Assembly (NCBI GenBank): GCA_045576575.1
Contig: JAZNGR010000183.1
Coordinates: forward strand, 1-37,801
Reading direction: 5' to 3'
Source of the DNA: Eubacteriales bacterium
Lineage (GTDB): Bacteria; Bacillota; Clostridia; Oscillospirales; QAKW01
Length of the DNA: 37,801 nucleotides
The position numbers and the translations under genes are program-made. Positions within the stretch are counted from its first letter, which is position 1. Each line of letters begins with the position of its first letter. Shown here in pieces: positions 18,261 through 26,992 of this stretch. A model generated the notes under the pieces. The model worked only from the letters and a program-made list of their open reading frames with translations, made no database searches and was not told the origin of the DNA.

Positions 18261-18339
18261 AGGCACAAGAGATTTTGAGAGTGCACAGTAAAAATCAGGG
18301 CAACGCTGTCCTCTTTTTTACTGTGCATTTTTTGTGCCT
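18261..18339 (+). promoter_or_regulatory. Long structured 5' leader hairpin
   Basis: AGGCACAA/TTGTGCCT, TGCACAGTAAAAA/TTTTTACTGTGCA and AGGGCA/TGTCCT nested stems. Confidence 0.6.
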
Positions 18340-18360
18340 AAAATAGAGGAGGAAAAAACC

Positions 18361-19473
18361 ATGGCAAACAAAAACATTGTATCCTGGGACGTGATCACCA
18401 ACTTCGTCATCGACGCGTTCAAGGGCTACGGCATCCCCGAGGAGGATGCAAAGATCTGTGCGGATGTCCTTCTGGAGTCCGACAAGCGGGGCATTGAGTC
18501 CCACGGTGTTAACCGCTTCAAGCCGGTTTATCTGGACCGCATCAAAGCCGGTATCCAGAACCCTGTTACCAACTTTGAAATCGTAAAAGAGACCCCCACC
18601 ACCGCTGTTATCGACGGTCACGACGGTATGGGTCAGGTTATCGGCTATAAGGCTATGAGAATGGCCATTGATAAGGCGAAGGAATACGGCATGGGTATGG
18701 TCGTTGTGCGCAACTCCTGCCACTACGGTATCGCCGGTTATTACACTTCCATGGCTGCCAAAGAAGGTTGCATCGGCCTGACCGGTACCAATGCCCGTCC
18801 CACCGTTGCTCCCACCTTCGGCGTTGAAGGTATGTTCGGCACCAACCCCCTGACCCTCGGCGTTCCCACCGATGAAGAGTTCGACTTCAACTTTGACGGC
18901 GCTTCCTCCACCTACCAGAACGGTAAATTGGAATACTACGCTCGTATCGGCAAGGATGCCCCCAAGGGTTCCTTGATCTGCGTGGACGGCAATGAGTTTG
19001 TCGGCTCCTCCGCAGATGCTCTGAAGACCATGGCTCGCCGCGAGGCTGCTCTTTGCACCTTGGGTGGACCCGGTGAGGAGCAGGCCGGCTATAAGGGCTA
19101 TGGCTACGCCATGTTTGTGGAACTGCTTTCCGCTGTTCTGCAGGACGGTAGCTACGGTAAGAGCCTGACCGGTCTGGATGAGAACGGCAATAAGGTTCCC
19201 TTCCGTCTCGGTCACTTCTTCATCGCTATTGATACCGATCACTTCATGGGCGAAGATGTTTGCCGCAAGAAGGCCGGCGACATTTTGCGTGATGTTCGGG
19301 CTTCCAAGAAAGCTCCCGGTGAAGAGCGCATCTACACCGCAGGCGAAAAAGAGCATCTGGTTCGCCTGGCCCGTAAAGACGGTGTGCCCATCAACGAGTC
19401 TGTTCAGGCCGAGATGAACGCTGTTCGCGATGAGTTGGGTCTTACCCAGTATGTATTCCCCTGGGAGGAGTAA
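18361..19473 (+). CDS. Ldh_2 family oxidoreductase (malate/L-lactate/sulfolactate dehydrogenase-like)
   Basis: DKRGIESHG, DGHDGMGQ, VRNSCHYG, GTNP, GYKGYG, GHFFIAID; GAGGAGG RBS. Confidence 0.9.
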   Translation: MANKNIVSWDVITNFVIDAFKGYGIPEEDAKICADVLLESDKRGIESHGVNRFKPVYLDRIKAGIQNPVTNFEIVKETPTTAVIDGHDGMGQVIGYKAMRMAIDKAKEYGMGMVVVRNSCHYGIAGYYTSMAAKEGCIGLTGTNARPTVAPTFGVEGMFGTNPLTLGVPTDEEFDFNFDGASSTYQNGKLEYYARIGKDAPKGSLICVDGNEFVGSSADALKTMARREAALCTLGGPGEEQAGYKGYGYAMFVELLSAVLQDGSYGKSLTGLDENGNKVPFRLGHFFIAIDTDHFMGEDVCRKKAGDILRDVRASKKAPGEERIYTAGEKEHLVRLARKDGVPINESVQAEMNAVRDELGLTQYVFPWEE

Positions 19474-19477
19474 GAAT

Positions 19478-20650
19478 ATGGATATCAGACAGGAATCCCT
19501 GAAAAAGCACTATGAATGGAACGGCAAGATCGAGGTAGTTACCCGCTGCCCCATCGAGACCCGCGAGGATCTTTCTTTGGCTTATACTCCCGGCGTTGCC
19601 GAGGCTTGCCTGGAGATCCAGAAGGACTATAATAAAAGTTATGAATTGACCCGCCGCAACAACATGGTTGCCGTTATCACCGACGGTACTGCTATTTTGG
19701 GTCTCGGCGACATCGGTCCCGAAGCCGGTATGCCTGTTATGGAAGGCAAATGCGCCCTCTTTAAGGCCTTCGCCGATGTAGACGCCTTCCCCATCTGCAT
19801 CCGCAGCAAGGATGTAGACGAGCTGGTACGCACCATCTATCTCATTTCCGGTTCCTTCGGTGGCATCAACCTGGAGGATATCGGAGCCCCCCGTTGCTTC
19901 GAGGTAGAGCGCAAGCTGAAAGAGATCTGCGATATCCCCATCTTCCATGATGACCAGCACGGTACCGCCATTGTGGTCGCCTCTGCGCTGATCAATGCGC
20001 TGAAGGTAGTCAAGAAAAACATCGGTGAAGTGAAGGTTGTTATCAACGGTGCCGGCTCCGCCGGTATCGCTATCGGTAAGCATCTTCTGAACATGGGTGT
20101 TAAGAACCTGACTATGGTAGACCGTTTCGGGATCATCTGCAAGGGCATGCCCGAACTAAACGAGGCGCATGCCGAGATGGCAGAGATCACCAATTTGGAT
20201 CATAAGATGGGCAACCTTGCCGACGCAATGAAGGGCGCCGATGTATTTATCGGTGTATCCGCCCCCAATATCGTCAGCGAAGAGATGGTCGCCTCCATGG
20301 CAACCGATGCCATTATGTTCCCCATGGCCAACCCCACCCCCGAAATCATGCCCGATAAGGCAAAAGCCGCCGGCGCACGGATCGTGGGTACCGGTCGGTC
20401 CGACTTTCCCAACCAGATCAACAATGTTTTGGCTTTCCCCGGCATCTTCCGCGGCGCTCTGGATTGCAGAGCCTCCTGCATCAACGAGGAAATGAAGGTC
20501 GCCACCTCCTATGCGCTGGCCGCCCTCATTCCCGACGAAGAACTGAACGAGGAAAATATCATCATCGGTGCTTTGGATAAGAGAGTGGCACCCGCTGTTG
20601 CCGAAGCAGTCATCGAGGCTGCTAAGAAAACCGGCGTCGCCCGCATCTGA
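19478..20650 (+). CDS. NAD(P)-dependent malic enzyme
   Basis: LAYTPGVA, DGTAILGLG, MEGK, INLEDI, FHDDQHGTA, GAGSAG, ANPTPE, GRSDFPNQINN. Confidence 0.95.
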   Translation: MDIRQESLKKHYEWNGKIEVVTRCPIETREDLSLAYTPGVAEACLEIQKDYNKSYELTRRNNMVAVITDGTAILGLGDIGPEAGMPVMEGKCALFKAFADVDAFPICIRSKDVDELVRTIYLISGSFGGINLEDIGAPRCFEVERKLKEICDIPIFHDDQHGTAIVVASALINALKVVKKNIGEVKVVINGAGSAGIAIGKHLLNMGVKNLTMVDRFGIICKGMPELNEAHAEMAEITNLDHKMGNLADAMKGADVFIGVSAPNIVSEEMVASMATDAIMFPMANPTPEIMPDKAKAAGARIVGTGRSDFPNQINNVLAFPGIFRGALDCRASCINEEMKVATSYALAALIPDEELNEENIIIGALDKRVAPAVAEAVIEAAKKTGVARI

Positions 20651-20681
20651 TAAAACAGCGCAGACTGCTAATGAATAATGT

Positions 20682-20708
20682 AGGCTCCCCGCAAGGGGAG
20701 CCTTTTTA
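20682..20708 (+). terminator. Intrinsic terminator
   Basis: AGGCTCCCC-gcaa-GGGGAGCCT followed by a T-tract. Confidence 0.88.
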
Positions 20709-20710
20709 TG

Positions 20711-20775
20711 TCTTTTCGTCGATGTGACCGCTCCACGTATCGCATCTCAACAAAATCCGCATCCTTTTTGGTCTG
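20711..20775 (-). repeat. Degenerate, internally deleted, inverted copy of the 100-bp hairpin element at 23237-23444
   Basis: CGTCGATGtgACCGcTCcaCGTATCGCAT matches the reverse complement of copy 1 at 24/29; after a 15-nt gap CTCAACaAAAtCcGCATCC matches at 16/19 (manual alignment). Confidence 0.75.
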
Positions 20776-20790
20776 ATTTTTGACTTTCTA

Positions 20791-20819
20791 TTGCTTATGC
20801 ATTCTTTTTTTGGTATAAT
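20791..20819 (+). promoter_or_regulatory. SigA promoter of topB
   Basis: TTGCTT-N17-TATAAT with TG extension. Confidence 0.7.
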
Positions 20820-20847
20820 TTAAAAAATGAAAGTGAGGTGAAAAAAG

Positions 20848-22941
20848 ATGATTCTGATTATTGCGGAAAAGCCCAGTTTGGCAAGAAATATTGCAGCGGG
20901 CATCGGGAAGGCTACCCGTCGGGACGGGTATCTGGAATGTCAAGGATATCTCATCACCTGGGCCTTTGGTCATCTTTTTTCTCTTTGCGATATCGAGGAT
21001 TATACCGGTCCCACCGCCAGCGGGCGATGGTCCATGGAAAACCTCCCCTGCTTCCCCGAGTCTTTTCGGTTTCAACTGAAAAAAGGGGCAGATAAGCAGG
21101 TAGATCCCGGCGTGCAGCGGCAGTTCGATACCATTCGGACGCTTTGCATGCGCCCCGATGTGGACCGCATTGTCAACGCAGGAGACGCGGATCGGGAGGG
21201 TGAAATCATCATCCGCCTTTGCGTGGAGCATACCGGGGTGAAGGACAAGCCGTTTTTACGGCTTTGGCTCCCCGACCAAACCCCCGAAACAGTTGCCGAA
21301 GCGCTAACGGTTATGAAGGATGAAAGCGCCTACCAAAACCTTGCTGACGAAGGCTTTGCCCGTACCTATATAGATTGGCTCTATGGGGTCAATCTCACCC
21401 GCTATGCCACCTTAAAGACCGGCATGCTTTTGCGGGTGGGGCGAGTGATTGTGCCCATTGTGAAAGCGATCTATGATCGGGATAAATCCATTGAAAACTT
21501 CACGCCGGAACTTTATTATGCGGTGGTCAGCAACGCCGAGACCAAGGGCGAGCCCATCGAACTGACCTCTAAGGAAAAATTCGATAAAAACAGCAAGGCA
21601 AAAGCGGAAGAATATGCCGCGCGTCTCAACGGATGCGAAGCGGTAGTCACCGAAAAGAAGAAAAAAAAGACCACCCTCCAGCCCGGCAAACTCTATTCCC
21701 TTTCCAAACTGCAAAATGCCTTGGGCAAAAAATATAAAATGCCTATGGAAGAAAGCCTGAAACTGACCCAAGAACTATATGAAGCAGGATATATCACCTA
21801 TCCGCGCACCAATTCCGAGTACTTGGCGGAGCAAGAAAAGGGCAAGATCAAAAAGATTTTGGAATCGGTGAAAAATTTAGGCTACAACGTGAAATTTCGA
21901 GATGGAAAGACCATCTTTGACGATAGCAAGATCGAATCCCACTCCGCCCTCACCCCCACCTATAAAATCCCTCGCAAGGACCAATTGACTGAACGGCAGA
22001 TGATCGTTTATCAGATGATCTTTCGGCGATTTGCCGCTGTTTTTTGCGCAGAAGATTGCTTGGCAGAGAAGGCTGAAATGGTCATCAAAGTGGGTGATAT
22101 TGAAGAATTTCGCCTCAAAGGGACAATGATCCTCCAACCCGGCTGGATGAAATACGACGACGGCGGGCAAAAAAATAAAACCCTACCCCCTTTGGAAAAA
22201 GGAGATCGGGTAGAGATCGACTTTTCTCCCAAAGAAAAAGAGACCTCCCCGCCCCGCCATTATACCATCGAAACCTTAAACAATTATCTAAAAAATCCCT
22301 TCCGCGAAGATAAGGCGGCAGCGGAAGAGACCGATGATCGAGAAGAATACCGCGCCATGTTTGAGGGGCTGGAACTGGGCACCGAAGCCACCCGCACCGG
22401 CATTATCGGCAATGCCATCAAGAGCCAGTATATCGCCCTTAAAAAGGATACCTATTATCTCTTGCCCGGCGGTGCATACCTCATTGAAGAACTGACCCGT
22501 ATGGGCATTTCCATGGATAAATACAAAACCAGCCAATTGGGTCAAGCATTGAAAAAGGTCTATCGGGGTGAAATGCCCATTGCCGATAGCGTGGCTTTGG
22601 CGAAAGCCGAGATCCATGAGGTTTTTCATCCCGCACCCCAAACCCCTGAGACCGATACCGATACCGGTCTCTACGGCGACGAAGTGGGCACCTGCCCCCT
22701 TTGCGGCGGCAAGGTGGTGAAAGGGCGCTATGGTTACGGTTGCCTCTCTTATAAAGAGGGCTGTAAATTCCGCATCTACAGCACCATCTGCGGACGCACC
22801 ATCCCCATTTCCGCTGCAAGAGAACTGCTACAAAACGGCAGAACAAGAAAGCTTGCTGGGTTTATTTCCAAGAAAGGAAACCCCTTTGAAGCCTATTTGA
22901 AATTAGAGGATGGAAAAGCCGTTTTTGATTTTAACGACTAA
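20848..22941 (+). CDS. topB: Type IA DNA topoisomerase (topoisomerase III-like)
   Basis: IAEKPS, GHL, DADREGE (TOPRIM), catalytic ITYPRT, LGTEATR, C-terminal CPLCG...C...C zinc ribbon and GFISKKG repeat. Confidence 0.9.
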   Translation: MILIIAEKPSLARNIAAGIGKATRRDGYLECQGYLITWAFGHLFSLCDIEDYTGPTASGRWSMENLPCFPESFRFQLKKGADKQVDPGVQRQFDTIRTLCMRPDVDRIVNAGDADREGEIIIRLCVEHTGVKDKPFLRLWLPDQTPETVAEALTVMKDESAYQNLADEGFARTYIDWLYGVNLTRYATLKTGMLLRVGRVIVPIVKAIYDRDKSIENFTPELYYAVVSNAETKGEPIELTSKEKFDKNSKAKAEEYAARLNGCEAVVTEKKKKKTTLQPGKLYSLSKLQNALGKKYKMPMEESLKLTQELYEAGYITYPRTNSEYLAEQEKGKIKKILESVKNLGYNVKFRDGKTIFDDSKIESHSALTPTYKIPRKDQLTERQMIVYQMIFRRFAAVFCAEDCLAEKAEMVIKVGDIEEFRLKGTMILQPGWMKYDDGGQKNKTLPPLEKGDRVEIDFSPKEKETSPPRHYTIETLNNYLKNPFREDKAAAEETDDREEYRAMFEGLELGTEATRTGIIGNAIKSQYIALKKDTYYLLPGGAYLIEELTRMGISMDKYKTSQLGQALKKVYRGEMPIADSVALAKAEIHEVFHPAPQTPETDTDTGLYGDEVGTCPLCGGKVVKGRYGYGCLSYKEGCKFRIYSTICGRTIPISAARELLQNGRTRKLAGFISKKGNPFEAYLKLEDGKAVFDFND

Positions 22942-22956
22942 AAGGAAGTTCTTTTT

Positions 22957-23157
22957 ATGATCAGATTTGACCGCTTATGGACGACCATGAATGAGAAAAA
23001 TGTATCGACCTATCAGTTGCGGGAGCGTTGCGGCATTGATAGTAAAACCATTCGCCGTTTGCGCGCAAACGATAATATTGAAACCAAAACACTCAATAAA
23101 TTATGCGCCGCGCTAAACTGTAAATTATCGGACATCGCAGAATATATTGAAGATTAA
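22957..23157 (+). CDS. Small Cro/C1 (XRE, HTH_26-like) DNA-binding protein
   Basis: 66 aa; TYQLRERCGIDSKTIRRLR...TLNKLCAALNCKLSDIAEY. Confidence 0.85.
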   Translation: MIRFDRLWTTMNEKNVSTYQLRERCGIDSKTIRRLRANDNIETKTLNKLCAALNCKLSDIAEYIED

Positions 23158-23160
23158 ACA

Positions 23161-23193
23161 AAAAAGAGGTACACATCAATGTGTACCTCTTTT
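23161..23193. terminator. Bidirectional intrinsic terminator
   Basis: AAAAGAGGTACACA / TGTGTACCTCTTTT inverted repeat between convergent genes. Confidence 0.85.
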
Positions 23194-23212
23194 AATTTCA
23201 CTCGGTTTGATT

Positions 23213-23444
23213 GCCGTTTTCAACGGTTCTCGGTTCGACCGTTCAAAACGGATGCAGGTTTCGTTGAGGGAACCTGACGACGTATGCGATACGCCGAACG
23301 GTTTCATCGACGGAAGATGCGCCGTTTTCAACGATTCTCGGTTCGACCGTTCAAAACGGATGCAGGTTTTGTTGGCGCGACCCGAAGTCGTATGCGATAC
23401 TACAAGCGGTCGCGCCGACAGAAGATGCGCCGTTTTCAACGGTC
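23213..23444. repeat. Tandem 108-bp repeat: two 100-bp hairpin elements with 15-bp terminal inverted repeats plus one extra end (MITE/REP-like)
   Basis: GCCGTTTTCAACG recurs at 23213, 23321 and 23429; elements 23237-23336 and 23345-23444; element 2 is bounded by GACCGTTCAAAACGG / CCGTTTTCAACGGTC; 8-nt spacer CTCGGTTC. Confidence 0.9.
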
Positions 23445-23450
23445 TACACC

Positions 23451-25361
23451 TTACTCCGTCCTTAACGCCACCACCGGGTCTTTCTTGGCGGCCACCCTTG
23501 CCGGGAATAACCCTGCCGTTACGGTCAGCAGCACGCTGATCACCACCAATAATACGCCGCCCTGCCAAGGCAGAACCGCATTGAGGGTGGGTATACCGGT
23601 GACGGCATGGAGGATCAAGTTAATGATCACATTAAGTCCTAAGGTTACCAAAATACCAAGGGCGCCGGCGGTGAAGCCCACCAGCAAGGTCTCGGCATTG
23701 AAGACGCGGGAGATATCCCGCTTGGATGCGCCGATGGCGCGCAGGATACCGATCTCTTTGGTCCGCTCCAAAACCGAAATATAGGTGATGATCCCGATCA
23801 TAATGGAGGAGACTACCAGCGAGATGGCCACAAAGGCGATCAGCACATAGGAGATGGCATTGATAATGGTGGTCACCGAAGACATCAGCAAAGCCACATA
23901 ATCGGTATAGGTGATTTGCTGTTCTTCCTCTTTTCCCTCATTATATTGCTCGATCACATCGGCGATATGATCCTTATCCTCAAAGGTGGCGGCAAACAAA
24001 TGGATGGTGGAGGGGCTCTCAATATCCACATACCCTAAGGTCTTGAGATTCTCTTTCAGCGAACTCTCGGAATGAGAAGGCGGCATATACCGATCATAAT
24101 AATCTGCCAATTGCGCCTCGGTATAAGCAGGCGCCGCCTGATCCAAAGCACCTGCCAATGCGGCAGAAGGCAACGCAGAAAGTTGCTTACCGGTGGCTTC
24201 GGCATATTGAGCAGAGATCTGCTTTTCCATCTCTTCGCGAATATAGGCAAAGAGGGTTTCATCATCCATGGAGGAGATATACTCCTCAATGGTCGCTTCA
24301 TCCATATTAGAAGACTCCACAGCGGCGGCTTTTAACTGCGCCTCAACGGTGGCGCGATCCATTCCCGCCAACATCCCGTCGATGGTTTTATCCAGATACT
24401 CTTGGGTGGGGGTCGTCATGATCGCGGTATACAACTCCGCCTTGGCAGCAGCATCCAATCCCGCAATATACGCCTTGAAGGATTCGGCTTTTTCGGCATT
24501 GGTCGGCTCTACTTCTTCACCGGTTGCAAAAGGAAGACCATTGAAGATATCGGTTTTTTCATCTTCCAACTGCGCCTTCACGATCTCGCGTTTTGCTGTT
24601 TCTTCTTCAGCATAACGGGTCAGGGCGGCGGTATAGCCGATGGACCCGCTCATCATAGAAGCCGCGGCATCCTCATTGGGACGCAGGATACCAACGATTT
24701 GCAGTTCGATGCCGTTATCATACAGATACTTCATCCCGGTCTCGGTTTCGGAAATATCGGTCACAATCCCGCTTGCGGCATCGTATTGATAGTGGTCTGC
24801 TGCCAAAATCAGTTTGAACCGACGGGCGCAGATCTCTTCATAACTCCAGCTTTTTTGGGTAGTATCAATTTCGGTGCCGGTGAGATAAGCTTCCATTACC
24901 GAGGTCATATACTCTTCGGATTCCAGACCCAAAGCATAAAGGCAGATATCGCTGACTTCATTATTGGGATTGAGGATCAGCACCAATTCATGATGGGCGG
25001 TAGGCCAATGACCGTAGATCAAATCATATTGATCCTTTAAAAGCGGGTTGATAGGCTCGCCATTTTCCCCTTCCAGCATCTCTTCCCAAATATTGAAGGA
25101 TTGGGAATAGCCTTGCATCATACTACTGTTGGTGACGGTGCTGTTCATATTCCCGCCTACCATGTTTTCCATCAGTTCCATCACATCGGATTTTACGATT
25201 TTTTCACTCTCATCCTTGGTGAAGATATCAAACTGCAGGTCATAGGAATACTGCACCGCGCTGAGATAGGGATCCAAACCGCTCTCTTCGCTTTCAATAA
25301 AGGCTTTGAAGGCTTTAAGGTCGTTGGTCTCCGTCTCGGCGCCGGTAAGGGCATTCATCAT
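23451..25361 (-). CDS. MacB/FtsX-type ABC permease, C-terminal part of an apparently frameshifted ATPase-permease gene
   Basis: ISVLERTKEIGILRAIGA and DPVVALR motifs, 3 C-terminal TM segments; no N-terminal signal or TM segment. Confidence 0.75.
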   Translation of the reverse strand: MMNALTGAETETNDLKAFKAFIESEESGLDPYLSAVQYSYDLQFDIFTKDESEKIVKSDVMELMENMVGGNMNSTVTNSSMMQGYSQSFNIWEEMLEGENGEPINPLLKDQYDLIYGHWPTAHHELVLILNPNNEVSDICLYALGLESEEYMTSVMEAYLTGTEIDTTQKSWSYEEICARRFKLILAADHYQYDAASGIVTDISETETGMKYLYDNGIELQIVGILRPNEDAAASMMSGSIGYTAALTRYAEEETAKREIVKAQLEDEKTDIFNGLPFATGEEVEPTNAEKAESFKAYIAGLDAAAKAELYTAIMTTPTQEYLDKTIDGMLAGMDRATVEAQLKAAAVESSNMDEATIEEYISSMDDETLFAYIREEMEKQISAQYAEATGKQLSALPSAALAGALDQAAPAYTEAQLADYYDRYMPPSHSESSLKENLKTLGYVDIESPSTIHLFAATFEDKDHIADVIEQYNEGKEEEQQITYTDYVALLMSSVTTIINAISYVLIAFVAISLVVSSIMIGIITYISVLERTKEIGILRAIGASKRDISRVFNAETLLVGFTAGALGILVTLGLNVIINLILHAVTGIPTLNAVLPWQGGVLLVVISVLLTVTAGLFPARVAAKKDPVVALRTE

Positions 25362-26389
25362 TTCATATTGGCAGAACTGGAATAGACCTTATCGGTTTCA
25401 TGGGTCAGTTCGCCGGGGTCGGTATTCATCACATTTTGCAGCACCGAGGAAAGATCCACCGTTTCCGCTTCAATCGTGACAGGATAGGAAGAAAGGGTAT
25501 CCTCCTGCACCATATCAATATAGGTTTGCACGCCCTGAGAAACCGAAAGGATCAGCGCAATGCCGATAATGCCAATGGAGCCTGCAAAGCAGGTCATAAA
25601 GGTTCTTCCCTTTTTAGTCATCAGATTATTAAAAGAGAGAGAAAGGGCGGTCCAAAAACTCATGGAGGGTTTTTTGGCGGTCTTCTCAGTGCGGGCGGAG
25701 ATATTTTCCGGCTCATAAGGATCGGTATCACTGACCACCTGCCCATCTAAAAGACAGATGATGCGGGAGGAATACTCCTCGGCAAGATCCGGATTATGGG
25801 TCACCATAATGATCAGTTTATCGGCAGAGATCTCCTTTAAGATCTCCATGATCTGGACGCTGGTTTCGCTATCCAGCGCACCGGTAGGCTCATCGGCAAG
25901 GATGATCTCAGGATCATTGACCAGGGCGCGAGCAATCGCCACCCGCTGCATCTGACCGCCGGACATTTGATTGGGGCGTTTATGGATCTGATCGGCAAGC
26001 CCCACTCGGGTCAAAGCGTCGATAGCGCGCTTACGACGCTCCGCTTTAGAAACGCCCGAAAGGGTCAGCGCCAGCTCCACATTGGCCAGCACCGACTGAT
26101 GGGGGATCAGATTATAACTTTGGAACACAAAGCCCACCGAATGGTTCCGATAGGCATCCCAATCGCTATCACGGAACTCCTTGGTGGAGCGCCCGTTGAT
26201 CACCAGATCCCCTTCGGTATAACTATCCAAGCCGCCAATCAAATTCAAAAGGGTGGTTTTTCCGCAGCCGGAGGGTCCCAAAACCGAAACAAACTCGCTT
26301 TTGCGAAACCGCATGGAAACGCCACGAAGCGCTTCTACGGTACTATCACCCATCACATAGGTTTTTACAATATTTTCCAAACGCAGCAT
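25358..26389 (-). CDS. MacB-type ABC ATPase plus first TM segment, N-terminal part of the split gene
   Basis: GPSGCGKT, MSGGQMQR, ILADEPTG, followed by TM GSIGIIGIALIL; stops early in the extracytoplasmic domain. Confidence 0.8.
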   Translation of the reverse strand: MLRLENIVKTYVMGDSTVEALRGVSMRFRKSEFVSVLGPSGCGKTTLLNLIGGLDSYTEGDLVINGRSTKEFRDSDWDAYRNHSVGFVFQSYNLIPHQSVLANVELALTLSGVSKAERRKRAIDALTRVGLADQIHKRPNQMSGGQMQRVAIARALVNDPEIILADEPTGALDSETSVQIMEILKEISADKLIIMVTHNPDLAEEYSSRIICLLDGQVVSDTDPYEPENISARTEKTAKKPSMSFWTALSLSFNNLMTKKGRTFMTCFAGSIGIIGIALILSVSQGVQTYIDMVQEDTLSSYPVTIEAETVDLSSVLQNVMNTDPGELTHETDKVYSSSANMK

Positions 26390-26413
26390 ATTTTAACACT
26401 CCTTATTGACCAA

Positions 26414-26442
26414 ATTATACTGCCGATCTTACGGAATTGCAA
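26414..26442 (-). promoter_or_regulatory. SigA promoter
   Basis: TTGCAA-N17-TATAAT. Confidence 0.7.
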
Positions 26443-26470
26443 CGGCTGAAATCAAGAGTTCAAGAAATGT

Positions 26471-26992
26471 TCACAATAGAATGTCGATTTTTTGATCCCA
26501 TTCCTCCATGGGCAAGTCTTCCACAAATTGACAAGCATAGCCGATGCCACAGCAGCAAGGGCGCACCGCGAGGTTCGCCAAATAGCGGTCATAAAAACCG
26601 CCGCCATATCCCAACCGAGCGCCATTCTTCCCAAAAGCAAGCCCCGGCACCAAAAGGAGATCATCCTTGGTAGGCACCACCTCTTCCCCGCCCATCGGCT
26701 CGGGGATGCCCCGATATCCGGGAACCAGGGTGTCTCCTGCGAAGAACCGCAGTTCCTTGCCGAAGACCTTGGGATAGGCAACTCTTTTTCCTAAATCCAT
26801 CGCCTTCTCGGCGATGGCTTGGGTGGGAAACTCACTGCCATAAGAAGCATAGAGGAAGACAGTTTTCGCCTTTTGGAAGGCGGGCAGGGCAAACAGCCGC
26901 GCCAGCACCGCTTTTTCCTCGGTCTCCCGCTGATATAAAGAAAGAGCGGCACGCCGCTCTTTCATCTTTTTTCTCAAAGCAATTTTATCCAT
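26471..26992 (-). CDS. 5-formyltetrahydrofolate cyclo-ligase
   Basis: KIALRK, GIPEP, LLVPGLAF, RLGYGGGFYDRYL. Confidence 0.93.
   Translation of the reverse strand: MDKIALRKKMKERRAALSLYQRETEEKAVLARLFALPAFQKAKTVFLYASYGSEFPTQAIAEKAMDLGKRVAYPKVFGKELRFFAGDTLVPGYRGIPEPMGGEEVVPTKDDLLLVPGLAFGKNGARLGYGGGFYDRYLANLAVRPCCCGIGYACQFVEDLPMEEWDQKIDILL

Noticed and set aside
18295-19356. 353-aa antisense ORF, and similar ones such as 5647..6699, 6907..8046, 10378..11181, 27040..27765 and 29671..30474
   Set aside because: Shadow ORFs opposite well-supported genes, expected from codon bias; no recognisable motifs
20848-23157. ICE or plasmid origin for topB-HTH
   Set aside because: No relaxase, T4SS, integrase or att site is visible, and composition looks like the flanking DNA
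23213-23444. CRISPR array interpretation of the 108-bp repeat
   Set aside because: Only about two units; the variable parts are homologous and self-complementary rather than unique spacers; no cas genes in the window
23147-23784. ORFs 23147..23539 (+), 23176..23568 (-) and 23284..23784 (+) with 36-aa repeats
   Set aside because: The peptide repeats arise because 108 is divisible by 3; each ORF overlaps the ABC permease gene, two also cross the terminator, and none has a convincing RBS
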